A stretch of DNA of 64,000 nt from contig NW_020843934.1 of NCBI RefSeq assembly GCF_003704095.1, positions 1 to 64,000 of the forward strand. Direction: 5' to 3'. A program made the position numbers and the translations under genes. The notes beneath the pieces are model-generated. The model was not told where the DNA came from and did not search any database. It was given only the letters and a program-made list of their open reading frames with translations. Shown here piece after piece: positions 12,438 through 24,588 of this stretch. Source of the stretch: Pocillopora damicornis. Its lineage: Eukaryota. The first letter of the stretch is position 1, and each line of letters starts with the position of its first letter.

Positions 12438-12510
12438 ATTGAGATGTCGTAGTGCATAAAGTGAGGCGTGAGGTGTAAGGTTGGAAAAACTTATCTGCAT
12501 GTACTTCACC

Positions 12511-13183
12511 TCACGCTTGAAAGAAAAGAACCCCCACGAGTTGACACGCGAGGTCTCAATGTTGCCAGGAAACGACTTACCACAGCCGCTGGCCGAGTAG
12601 AGCTCCGAAGGGTTAAAGAACGTTTTGAAATCAACCACGGCCAAAGGCTTTCAATGAAAATTTTTACTAGTAAATGGAATTTCTTTACGACACTGTTGTC
12701 GTCATTGCCTCCTCTGTTGTAGTGCAAAATTACTATGCAAGGTGCACCTAGAATTTCGTCATCGGTTTAATGTAAATAGAAGCTGATAACTTTTACGAGT
12801 TTATGCTACTTTTCTAAGTAGTGTCATTTCAGGAAATGTTTTCCAGCATCAGCATTGATACATTCCTTGCTTGTTTTGTAAGAACAAATGACCTTGAAGT
12901 GTTTACCAGCTTGTTTACTGACGTTTGGAAGCGCTGGATTTGTCAAAGACTTGTGCGAGCGGAAAGGCCATTCCTCGGCTATGACTACGAGCGGACCATC
13001 TTTCCCGTGTTCGTGCTCGAAACGGACTAAATGCACACCTCTGTAACTCTGTATCGGAGTAGCTTTTCCGTAAAGAATTGCAGACTTGATGCGAGAATCC
13101 CTCCAAGACTCTTTGTCCTTCCTCCAAGTTGAGGATTTCCTTTCCGCGAGATCTTTGCAGGAAGTCAGATGTTTCTGCGACAT
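12511..13183 (-). CDS. Uncharacterised ~120-aa orphan protein, convergent with INTS13
   Basis: ATG-initiated 119-aa ORF 13183-12824. Possible spliced form 13183-12893 / 12647-12581 / 12515-12511, with a strong GTAAGT donor (plus 12575-12580) and a TTCTTTTCTTTCAAG acceptor ending at 12516. X-box at 13439 upstream. No homology recognised. Confidence 0.45.
12561..12573. promoter_or_regulatory. RFX X-box-like motif
   Basis: GTTGCCAGGAAAC. Confidence 0.4.
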
Positions 13184-13438
13184 TAGTTCGCGTTAAAACG
13201 AATATTCAGAAGAAATGGCGTTAATTATAATTTCTGTAGCTGTGATAATTCTCCACTGAAACTCAGCAATAAACTTTACTAATTGAGATAAAGCAGCGAG
13301 TGAATCTCCAAATTTTTCAGCAGATTACATCGGAGGAAAACCCAGACAGCGCAGTATTGTCTCCCGCGGGTTTCTTTTCACTGTGAATTAAGATAACATC
13401 TACTGAAAACGCAACCTTTGCCTTCGCTTTTGATGACA

Positions 13439-13452
13439 GTTTCCAAGGAAAC
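13439..13452. promoter_or_regulatory. RFX X-box motif
   Basis: GTTTCCAAGGAAAC, near-palindromic, ~255 nt upstream of the minus-strand ATG at 13183. Confidence 0.5.
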
Positions 13453-14098
13453 AAACCCCATAAGACTCCCGTCGGCAAGTGATTTGACAGCAGCTCAGCA
13501 GGTGGCGAATTCTCGTGTTTGGACTCGTATTTATCTACTTGCGTAGGCGGTTGGATTTGTAATTTGCATGCATATCAAAGAGTCCTCAGTTTGCAGAATC
13601 ATTGTTTTAATTAAAGAAATGGAAATATTTCATAAGCGATCTCCTGATCTGCCCTTTTCTTTCAGTTGACCCATAACGGCTGTTCGACTGGTTTATTGGG
13701 ATTTGTTCCGACTTCTAAACCGAAAAAAACACGATCACTTTTCCCTCTGAAAAGTTATTTTGATCACACACGTTTTTGTTTTAGTGATACCAAAATTCTC
13801 TTTCCCTCTTTCCAAGAAGAAAGGTAAGTTTGATAAAATAGATATTTCGAACTGCCTCATAGCTATTAGTACGAAGAATTTCACGGTCGCTGGCGGTGAT
13901 ACAAACTCGTCTGCGATACGATGATTGCCCCAATGAAGACGAAATTAGTTGTGGCTCCCCACTGTACTATCATTTTCGTGCTTAGCCGTTAGTCTGACAA
14001 ACCTGAATTGTGTATTGACCTGGTTTCATTTTCCTATGTTTCTCAGAGCCGTGATGTCTAAAACAAAGTCGAAAACTGTGTTACCGTGGTCGTACCTT

Positions 14099-14112
14099 GT
14101 TGCTAAGGTAAC
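14099..14112. promoter_or_regulatory. RFX X-box motif
   Basis: GTTGCTAAGGTAAC, between the divergently oriented orphan and C7orf57-like genes. Confidence 0.5.
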
Positions 14113-14294
14113 GAACCCAAAACATTCAATTTGATCCCAGTGTGAAACGATTTTTCTAATTTAATTGCTATATCACAAAGTATCCTATGAAGTACATTGT
14201 GTCGGGCCGGCAGTAACAGCGGAGATTCGGATAATATTATTACAGGCGTGCTTCGTTGATATTCCAATGTGGAGTTTGAAACATTCAATGGAAA

Positions 14295-14506
14295 TTAAAC
14301 TTCTACACCCTAACATCAGTATATATTTTCTCCATAATGTTCTCTATAGATTTCATTTGATACTGACAACGAGAATTTGTTTGAAAACCAAGAGCTTCTT
14401 TTGTTGGAGATCATTTCCTTTATTCTCATGACCTCGATGTTTGCTTTAAGGGTGATACTGATAGGGTAAAATAGTTATTAATCACACTTACGGGTCAAAG
14501 GGTTTA
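14295..14506. mobile_element. TTAA-family MITE (~210 bp)
   Basis: TTAAACTTCTACACCCTAACATCAG...GGGTCAAAGGGTTTA; colinear with 7720-7940. Confidence 0.7.
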
Positions 14507-16741
14507 GGAGAGGAAAACGATATTGCAAGGAACGGCGAGTTGCTGAAGACCAATGAATTCTGGTTGAGACGTTTCGGTTTTTGCTTTCTTTCTTTTTTTC
14601 GACAGTAAAGGAAGGTTAATGCGCTGGAAGCTCTTTTAATCCTTGCATCCACTTCATGTAATACTCTGGCGGTTAATCAAAACCATGTTTTTCCATCTGT
14701 TTCGTTTTCCCACCGGCTGAGTGTGCGGGAAAAAAATTGTAGAATTTGAAGCCGCGCCGCAAAACTAAAATTTCTCCCCTAAAAAACTAAAAGAAACAAA
14801 CCAAAAAAAAAAAGATAAAATGGGCTCATTCGTACGAGAACACATTAAAAAAAGACAAACTATCGATAAGGGTTCCACTCAGGACAAGGGTACACTTACT
14901 GTAAAAAAACTTCATGACCAGAACTACACAGTTTTTTTCAGGAATGAGACACTTCATTAGTTACAACAAATCGCTTGTCTGCGCCAATACATAAATTATT
15001 CATCATATTTTTGGTTAGGAAACTCCGCGTGCTATCATGTATGTCACAAATTGGTTCCTATACAACAGCGTAGTATTGTTTACTTTAAAGTAAATTAAAT
15101 AAACTTCAACGAAAATGTTCGTTGTGTCCAGAGTAAACAAATCGAGGGATTTTAATGTCACTTGGCCACATCCGGGGTACGTCGCCTGTCGTCATTTTCA
15201 AACAGTGGAGAGCAAAGGTGACACACGCAGAATCGTTGTTGATTGTGTTGCTATAGTGCGTTTATCTCGTCAGCTTTGCTTGGCACGATCAGCGAGGATT
15301 TTTTCCTTCGCCGTTGTTGCATTTGGGAAGTAACTCTTTAGTTGCACAGGTGAGTGAAACCTATTGGAAAGTAAACGGACTCGACGGATTATGCAAGCAT
15401 AGCTTAGCTGTGCGAAAGTGAGTCTGGTTCCCGAAATTTAAATTTTAAGCTTTAACACGTCGAAGTCGACGGTGTTCACCTTCGCTATATTTTTTCGAGC
15501 ATAACATATTTTCTGAAACGTAGTTCTTACATAGATATTCAAAACCTTTAGGCAGTTTTCGCGGTTTTTCCCGACAGACAGCGAAGTACCTTGATACAGA
15601 AATTCTCTATTTCTTCTGAGGTTAAAATTGCTGTTTGTAAGTGATAGGAATCGGGTCGAAACAACAGTTCCTTTCGTTTTGAAAGGAAGTCGACGAAATG
15701 GGGAAGCAATGGATCAGAGCATGACTTTTTACGTGGTAATATTTATGTATTAAAGTACCTTCTTCGTTTTGGTTAAAAAGATTTATTCGAGCGCTGTTAA
15801 CATGAAATGACTTGGCATAATTTCCGTTGCAATCATCTACAGCTCATCAACTTTACGGCAGATGACAGATTAACGACAAGGATTTATTTTTAACATTAAC
15901 ATGTGACCTGAAAATCCAAATTTCCGAATTTAACACCACATTTCCTTACGTGTGAAAAAGAATTTACATTTTGGTGAAATAATTACAGTAAAGGCCTTTC
16001 GTTGTTTTGTCTTTTTAATCCCTAAGTTTATTTTTGCTAGTAATTGCCACTCTTTGTGTTCTCACGGCTTTAAGTTATTCCTTTTCAATTTGACAGTGAT
16101 TTGCTTGGATAAACATGACGAATATTTTTCTGTCAATCTTACAGTATTGTATCCTTGAAGTTAAAACGTATTCGTGATCTCTGAATAATTTTTGGGTTTA
16201 TTTAGTGATTCCGAAAAACCGAACAGGCTGTCGCATTTTAAAACGTAATTTTCTTGAACCAGCCTGAGCTCAAGGATTAGAAAAACAGATTGACTGATGT
16301 ATTTTTTGAAAAGATATTTTTATCCTGTTTGACTCGCTTTTTTCTGTTAGGAAGCAGACAAACTCTTTGAAAATCAATTATAAAATATTGTATCAATTTC
16401 GATCATGTGTTCCCATGGCGATGAGAGAGGGGTATATTTAAACGATGAATCAATTAAATTTTGAGGGGTCAAGCCAGGCTTATGTGATTCTAGAGAAAAG
16501 AAAAAATAATTCAATAAATATAAGTGCATATCACGATTGTCATGCACCTCTTTTGTGTGTGTTGCCTGGAGTGTCATGAAGTTTTTCACTATTTTTTACA
16601 CAGAAACGTAGTTGTGTCTGTGGAATGACCCATTTGGCTCCCTGTTTTGCACTTAAAACTAACAGCAACCCTTTGTCTTGTCGTCACGGAACGATTACGT
16701 AGAGGAATATTTGGACGCCAACGAATTGCGCAATAAAGCTG

Positions 16742-17362
16742 ATGCGTAACTTTCCAAACACTGACACAACAACTCTACCACGCATCTCGCAAATCGACTG
16801 TTTACCTCAGAATCGCTTGAATCCGGACGAGTTTGAACAGAAACGAAAAGCAGATAAGGTAGGAGAACACGAAACTCACATCATGGCTCAAACAGCGGCC
16901 TTGAAAGAACAGAGCTTTGGCCGCCGTGGTAAACGGACAAATTATACGTCGGGGATCTTGCCTCCCATTTCGCAGATTTCCATGGGGGGAAGACAACTCC
17001 CGGCGGAAGCGAGTGCAAAGGAAGAAGGCTTGAAGCTTCCTCCGATTTCCCAAGTGGCTTGTCTCGGGGGCTATCTCGATGAAAAACAGCTTGTGATGAA
17101 ACAGTCAAAGTCTAGAATCAGAGACAGCGATTCTGAGTTTGTAAGACTGTCTAAAGCTGGTGGTCAGAAAAACCTCCTGTGCTACACAGAGGCAGATTCT
17201 TCGCTGCGCGAGGACGCAACGAACGCGAACACATTTCCACGCTCCACTCGTTACCATCCCGGGTTCACTTCAGAGGCAGACCCAAGATGGCGCCCATCTC
17301 ATTGGTCGGACTTTTCGCGACAGAAGCAAGCGAGAAGTGATCATAAATTGATATGGAGGTAG
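16742..17362 (+). CDS. C7orf57/DUF5524-like protein, divergent paralog (206 aa)
   Basis: Single-exon ORF containing IRDSDSEFVRLSKAGGQKNLLCY, matching the C7orf57 core as recalled ([21 protein letters not shown]), plus three LP[RP]ISQ[IV] motifs. Acceptor at 16603 and donor CAG|GTGAGT at 15349 suggest a non-coding first exon. Confidence 0.75.
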   Translation: MRNFPNTDTTTLPRISQIDCLPQNRLNPDEFEQKRKADKVGEHETHIMAQTAALKEQSFGRRGKRTNYTSGILPPISQISMGGRQLPAEASAKEEGLKLPPISQVACLGGYLDEKQLVMKQSKSRIRDSDSEFVRLSKAGGQKNLLCYTEADSSLREDATNANTFPRSTRYHPGFTSEADPRWRPSHWSDFSRQKQARSDHKLIWR

Positions 17363-18159
17363 ATTGGCGTGATGGCTGAGCCATTCACGGACAAAGACTG
17401 AAAAGATATTGCTTATTCATGGGTTAAGCTTATTTTAAAATGTACAGAGTACAAAGTGTGAACCGGGTATGATACGTAGCAAATGGTAACATGTTAGGGG
17501 AATAGCTGCCATTTTTCTGATTTGTAGCCGAACGGACACATTTAATCTAGAAAAGGTATTTGATGAACTCCCTTGCTTTAAAAGCTGTTGAAAGTTATAA
17601 AAATAGCTGAATTTATCGTTCTTGTGTAAATAGGAGATTATAAAGCAAACTGTCCCAGTCGTTTACCAAACGAAATTAAACGCTCATTTTATGCGTCAAC
17701 CTTGAGTACTCCTTTGCTTTTACATTTTTTTTTCCTAGTTCTCTTATCCTGTCTGTTTTTCTTTTTTCTCAATTTACAGTATATTGTTGTCTTTCAAACG
17801 AATCAACTAGCTTATTTAAAACATGAGAAAGTGAAACAACGCCAGGGTATTTCGGTAACTTGCTTCGTTTTACTGCTAATCCACAGAATGACATAGTGTT
17901 GTAAAGACTCGGTGAGATCAGTACATAAACGGGATTTAATTAACTCAGGATTAAAAGGTTACAGGATTCACATATTTTCGTGAGAAAGCAAACAGTTTTT
18001 GATCTCCTGTTGACAAAAGATTATTCTCATTATATAAACCGCAACCAATTTCTCAGTGAGTTCACTTACTTTTGGAAATGCCATCGAATTTCTTCATTTC
18101 TTAATGAGTGCATGAAGGATAACGAAATGGATAGAGTTAAAGTGAATTAAATTATTGGT

Positions 18160-18450
18160 AGAGCCCATCTCCATCGAGTTCGTTGAAAGCTAAGCCAGAT
18201 TGATCTTAGCAGCCAATCAGAGCATAGGTGAATACCACCAAGGAGCTATTGAGATTTTAGGCGAGCAAGGAACCCTCGTACAGCGCGGGAAAACGCGACT
18301 GAGCAAGGTTCCCTGGTTTCAGTTTTGCGTCAGATTGCTGAAGCAAGGAGGAGCGAGTTTTTTAGATCAGTAACAGGAGGGAAATGAAACAATATCAGCA
18401 AATATGCGATCCCAGATTATATTTGACACTCAATGCTGGAAATTGCTTTA
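18160..18450. mobile_element. Decayed MITE of the CCAATCA / GCGCGGGAAAACGCG family
   Basis: AGCCAATCAG...GCGCGGGAAAACGCG...GCGAGTTTTT...TTTGACACTCAA; related fragment at ~42990-43145. Confidence 0.5.
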
Positions 18451-19463
18451 TGAGTTCGTTGGTTATTTTAGCGCGGTTTACGCTCAGAGGATTAGTTATA
18501 GTAGTCCAAGTCGGTGTGTAATCATACGAGTGATTTACACTTACACATCCAAGACACGTACACTGTTTTATAAGTGCTAAAAAACAACATCGTTCGAGAA
18601 TTTTATCGCCGTTTTGATTAGCCTCATTTATTGGCTCAGATCGTGATCTCTGATCAACAAATTAGCGCACCAATTACTTTTTATGCATGTTGTTATCGAT
18701 CTAATTCCACACCAGTTTTTCGTACGAGGCTGCAAGCTGCTAAACTGCGTCATAATTCAATAATGAATACTAACGCCAGTAATTGAAGAACACGACCTCG
18801 CGCCGCAGAACTCTGATAAAATTCATTAAGGAAACAACGACAAATGATGAGCCAAAGCTAGGCTTCAAACGAGTAAGTTCCGTTAAATTTATTATCTCTC
18901 GTTAAAACGACTCCAAACTACGATAAGAACATTTTGTTTTCGACTCGTGCGCTTTGTTTGTAACTACCGAGAGCATGATTCCAAAACTTTGTTATACCTA
19001 ATCATCAAAGTGTGTTTATTATGTGTTGATTTTATCTGTTTATCTCTCACTTTTAAATCAAGTGCTAATGAGTAGCGAAGATGGATTTTTTCTGTTTGTT
19101 TTCGCCCTAATTTGAATCGTACTCGTTTTCGTTTAACATCCATCCGTCCGCACAAGAATATAGTTTTGACTACAGCTGCAAGTTTCAAGCTACTAAACTC
19201 TCTCGTGAAAGAATTGTTTATAAAAGTTTTCGACATCCTACAATTGCGGTGGACAATTCCCTTTCTCATTAGCTAGTAGAGAGATAAACAATACTCATTA
19301 AAAATCCTTTGATGTAATTTTTTTGTTCAAATGTTTAAAATTGTGAAAAAGCTTTCAACTTGACGCACCATCGAGGATTAATTTTCATTCTGTTAGTGAA
19401 TCACTTTCGTTCAGATTGTATGGAAAGACTCGTGAAGTATAGCCTGGAGGCTTTTTAAGTAAT

Positions 19464-20246
19464 ATGGCCAAGCCCTTTTACAAGCCTTTGGACAGGCCAG
19501 AGAGGGAAGAAATTTGGTACTGTTATTACGTTCCTCGTCAAAAGCCAGACTCAAAACCAATTCAGCGTGTTCCTATTTCACAAGTGCCGGACCTGACTAA
19601 CGAGACAACCAGGCTAGTTACTGAAAACAAATATCGAAATGTGGGCAGAGTATTGGAAACTGATTCAAAGTACGTGAAGTTAGCCAAAACTGGCGGGCGA
19701 AAGAACCTGTTATGTTATAAAGAAAACGAACGCGAAAACAGCGGGCCTAAAAGATACGAAGTAGCCGCGTGGTATTACCACGATAGTGACATGGACAAAG
19801 AAAAAGAACTCAGTGAAGAGGAGAGGCATAAGAGATACAACGTTACGTATGGGAAACGGTGTTATAAGGTTTCTCAACTTGAAAAACCCATTGTATATCA
19901 GCGTCCGGATTATATGACGCATTTGGAATCAGAGGAGTTGATCATGTCGCTGGGCGCATCACATCGCATTCCAGATCGCCCGATCTTCGGCTTCGACAGG
20001 TTGTCGTTTTGGAAGCGAGACGAAGAGGAAAAATCGAACAAGCTGCCTCCTTTGGTGGTAAACGAGAATGCGAGGGAAAAATCTGCGCAGCTGGGCTCTC
20101 CCAAAAAGTTTGTACCAACGAAGAAGAAGGTGAAGTTGCCAAAGTCCTCTAAGAAATCTCAGCTGTCCAACAATAGGAAATTGTTCAGTTCAGGTTATGC
20201 TACAGAATGGCATGAAAAGTGGTACGTGAAGGCCTTAAGGAAATGA
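19464..20246 (+). CDS. C7orf57: C7orf57 homolog (DUF5524 family), 260 aa
   Basis: Colinear motifs matching C7orf57 as recalled: WYCYYVP, PISQVPDL, ETDSKYVKLAKTGGRKNLL, WYYH, PDYMTH, FGFDRLSFWKRDEEE, KLPP, KLFSSGYATEW. Acceptor at 19414 and donor GTAAGT at 18873 suggest a 5' UTR intron. Confidence 0.85.
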   Translation: MAKPFYKPLDRPEREEIWYCYYVPRQKPDSKPIQRVPISQVPDLTNETTRLVTENKYRNVGRVLETDSKYVKLAKTGGRKNLLCYKENERENSGPKRYEVAAWYYHDSDMDKEKELSEEERHKRYNVTYGKRCYKVSQLEKPIVYQRPDYMTHLESEELIMSLGASHRIPDRPIFGFDRLSFWKRDEEEKSNKLPPLVVNENAREKSAQLGSPKKFVPTKKKVKLPKSSKKSQLSNNRKLFSSGYATEWHEKWYVKALRK

Positions 20247-21231
20247 TTATTCGACCGCTAAGACTGGGGCTACGGAACAAACAGACAAAGTCAAAGTTTT
20301 GTTATCATAGCGAGTGACCATTGCAAAGCTAATTAATGAACAGTCAGAGAATTCCAGCGAAGATTCATTCAGAATATTAACCGGAAAGTTAAGTTCTGAG
20401 AAAGATGTTTCGAAAAATTGACTTAAATAAGAAACTTCGTCCCATCACTTTACAAATTTGTAGACTTAAATGAAAGCAGGTCTCTCGCGTTTAGTGTGGG
20501 GTACTTTGTGTTAATTTAATTTCATATCGGGTTTTATATGTTGTATAAATAGTCCATTGTAAAAAGTTTTTGTCGAGCTTAAGAAAAATGTTTAGCTTAC
20601 ATGTACCAGTTCAAGATAAGCAAATATTCCATCAATAAGATTTAAAAAAATATGAACGTCATGCAAAAATCTTAAAAGCCCTGTCTATCAAATGTTACGA
20701 GATTATTTAGATTTCTCTTGAGTTTGAGACATTTCCTTATGGGATAACATTATTTTAACTAGCATGGTATTGTGCAGTTGTACCTAAAAGAACCGAGAAA
20801 CTGGCAAAACGATCACCAGGAGCGAACAAAATAGAACCTCTTTGTCAATATGATAAGTTGTTTCACTAAAGCCACCTAAAAACAAACAAAAAGGAACGAG
20901 AGCGTGCAAAAAATTTTTGATGTTATTGAACATTATCAGGTACAATTGTTTATCGTCGATGCCTCCTGTCGCATTCCAATGATACGAGATCATACAAGTA
21001 ACTCTGACTCGCAGTGCGCCTTTTATTTCAAATGTGTGGCGCAATAATAAAGGCACCGGTCGAGAACGCGAGATATTTGTCCTTTGCCATTAATTAAACC
21101 GAGGAAAAATCGGCGACTCATCGACTACATTCCAGACCATCCGAGAATTCCGACCGCACTCGATGTGGCCTCGACGTACGTGACACGGTGTAATTAGAAA
21201 AACAAGTAAACGTGTTTAGAACAATTTTACG

Positions 21232-21350
21232 AGTCTTGTCACGAGCGTGGGGCGAAGGAAAAAATTGTTAGTTCCCATTGAGAGTCGAACCCCAAACCCT
21301 CAGATTCCGCGCTTAATTTCAGCTACCACTGAACAAAAGCTGCAGTGAGA
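21232..21350 (-). mobile_element. tRNA-derived SINE
   Basis: Minus strand TCAGTGGTAG (A box)...GCGCGGAATCTGAGGGTTTGGGGTTCGACTC (B box)...CCCACGCTCGTGACAAGAC. The GTCTTGTCACGAGCG segment recurs at ~33834-33858. Confidence 0.65.
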
Positions 21351-24319
21351 CAGAACTTAAGTTGGTCCATGAGACATGACTGTTTGACTTTCATTTGAAG
21401 TAAACATGTTTTTTTTTAGTGTTTTCACGTGACAAGCTTGAAATTCTTTTGATATTATATGTACACCTTGAATAGATAAGGCCTTGGCCTTTTCAAAGTA
21501 GTAAGAATGTTTATTGCTGAAATCAGTGACCTAGAGAACGAGGCCAATGAACTATATCACAATCACTATTTTCCACTTTGCCTGAGCGATCGAGCACTTT
21601 TAAATGTCGAAGCCGAATCGATAACTTTTCCGTTAACTTCACTTCAATCATTAGACCAGAAAAAAATTTGCATTTATCGCAACATTCCCAAACTTCGGAC
21701 GACAATTAAAAAAAACATATTTCAACAGTTGAACCTTCCTCAACTGCACTCGGTTACCATAAATATTACCTCGAACTCACGAACTTCAAGCTATTTCCTT
21801 TGAAGAGTATTTTTTTTACAAACTCGCCTTTTTCTCTCAATAAAATTTCTCATGTCCCTTAAAAGGTCTACTATTGTAGGCGTTACGGTGTGATAGGGCC
21901 ACAAAATGAAAACACTAGTACTGTTACTCCTACTCTTGAAATTTGCGTTAATCAGAATTAACTTGTTTGCATGCGGGTTGGTAATTTGTAGTCGTAGGTG
22001 GTAGGAACTTAGTTGCTAAGTAGTCCTCATAATTCTTTACCTCTAAACATATCGCATTTTTACGTAGTGAACTCGGTTTGCCCGTAATACTAATATTAAT
22101 TTCACAATTTGTATCTTCTGATATTGAACCACATTTGTCTTCGTTTGCGTCCAAAATTACTCTTTCGGGCGCGGTCGACATAACTCGCCTACAGTAAGAC
22201 AATTGTATCCGCCTTTTACTTGACTGTGTTCATCACAAAAAGTAAGTTATATTGGCCCTTTCTCAATAATGATACCAACAGTTCTGTGCCTTTTTCACGC
22301 GTTTATTCAATGATTCCTTTTCTAATCTTCCCTAAAAGTGACTAGTGGACTCTAGAAGCAAATTATTGTTTCTTAATTAACATCTTGTTGCACAAATATC
22401 CCGAGAATTCTACAAAAACGACAGGCAAAAATAGTCTATCAATGGAAAGCGCTAATATATGAACCTCATGTTGTTTCCAGAGGTATCCGAAACCTGCAAT
22501 GGTTAGAGAGACAAGATCAATTTTTCAAACCAATAGTATCAATAAAATTTATCGGTTCCTTTCTAGTTTCGCCAGAGAATATCATGTGAGACCGACCTTT
22601 AATCTCAAAAGTTCGTTCCACAATCGATCATTATATCACAATATAAACACGAATTTAACGCAACATTATCGAGTCGAGACTTTTTAAGTCTTTTAATAAA
22701 CCTTGAAAAATATCGGAAAAGGATGAAACAAGTCCTACGTAGCAGCTGAGTTTTCATTCATGTCTCCATTCTGTGTAACTTGCATCCTCGCGTGATCTCT
22801 GGCCGCGGGGTCAGTTTCAGTCTTCAGTAAAATTCAATATTTAACTTGGCGACGACTTCGCCAAGAGTAGTAATGATATTGTTATGTGATACATGTTTAT
22901 ATCGCACCAATTTGGTTGATCTCTCGAAAATCGATTAGTTCAAATGCATTATATGAATGACTTTCAAAGCAATTAAGCCTCACAACGGCACCTGCGATAT
23001 GAATCTTGTGGAAGTATTGAAATAGTGGAAATCATGAGCGGAGATTAATTTCCAACTTCGTGCTAACATTACGCATAAGTTGTTTCCTTTCAAGGCGTCG
23101 CAGTATGAAAACTTGTCACTGGCACTGAATCAATTCACGCCCAACAGATATTGAACTCAAAGTTAAGTTGGAGTAAATCTCAGTTATATATAATCATTTG
23201 ACGCAGGAAATAAAAAAGGTTTCTATGTACACGAAACTCGAATACAGTATAGAAACTAGATCAAGAGAATGAGTCGTAGTTATGAATCTCGAGTCCCTGA
23301 CCCGACCTAAGTTTCGACGAACATAAAAAAAATCAGTTTTAGGTCTAATCGTTCACATATAAGTTTTGGCGGCACAAACATGGACGTCAAATTCTCTAAA
23401 TTAACCGCGACTTTTCCTTTCAAATAAGCGTTTAAGCCTTACATTGCCTCATAACTGAGGTATTTCAAATAAAAGCAGTCGATTTAAAATATACATTACA
23501 GTAATTTTAGTTTCGTCTCAGCTACAAATTCGAATAAATATCTAATCATGTTTGATTGAACAAGCCTTATTTGGAGACATAATGAAGCGTAAAACCTGAT
23601 CAGATTTCAGCTGGAGAAAGAAGGAAGTAATTTGTGACATATTTAAATTCAAACTTTCTGTTTAGATACTTCTTAATCAAGTTCGTAACTTTTTTTAAGG
23701 TTTTGATTCAGCCCTGTTCCTTCCCAGGTGTGTCCCAAACATCGGACAGCGACAAATTTCTGTAAATAGCAATTCTTTTTTTAAGTTTTATTAGAACAAA
23801 TACAAGTTAGAACGTACCTTCCAGCTGTATTCTAGTGTTTACTTTCAAAGCAATTACGTCGAAATGATCTCAGACCATTTCACGCAAAGAAAAGAAACAA
23901 CGTAAATTGAAGTGGTTTAATTAATTACAATATTCGCTTATTTGTCTCTTTTTGCGTTTTCACACGTACGCACAAGATCAACAAAGACCAAAACATTATA
24001 TCAGCATCTAAACAAGGCTATGTGTTCCCGAAAAAGCATGTCCAATTAAATATTTTTTACGATATTGGTCACAGTAATATCAGAAAGTTAACCCACTTCC
24101 GGTAAAAGCGACAATTTTTGGGGGTTTTGTTTGCGCGACGCCTGCCAAAACAAGCCACGATTCACGCTAAATTTGGCCTTGCACGCTTTGGAATTCAATA
24201 AAAATAAGAAGAGAATTTCATAACGCCTTGTGATTTTCAACTTCTATGAAAGATTAGAGCATTTCTGGAAACGACGCGAAAAATGTGTTAGGGTAACGCA
24301 AGGCGCGTTGAACACGTTT

Positions 24320-24570
24320 TGTCACGTAGTGACATGTCTTCTCCATGGTAACGCCAACGTCACGAAACGGAAAGTAGAATAAGAACAGAAAAAAACAAGG
24401 AAAAATTTCCGCTTTACTGGTTTATTTGTAGGATCATTACGTCATTTCCTATTGTGAGAAATAAAAGGCAGTCTACATGCATACGTTTTCATATTGGCTG
24501 CATTCCCTTGCGTTAATCTGATCACAGTTGTGTTTATAAAAATTCTGCGAAAGTAACTCGTCCGTTCAGA
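24320..24570 (+). promoter_or_regulatory. TATA-containing promoter of the PH-domain gene
   Basis: TATAAAAA 24535-24542, ATTGG 24493, TTACGTCA 24437-24444, ACGTCA 24357, GGAAAAATTTCC 24399-24410, Inr-like TCAG ~24566. Confidence 0.6.
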
Positions 24571-24588
24571 GAGGAAACTCAAGGAAAT

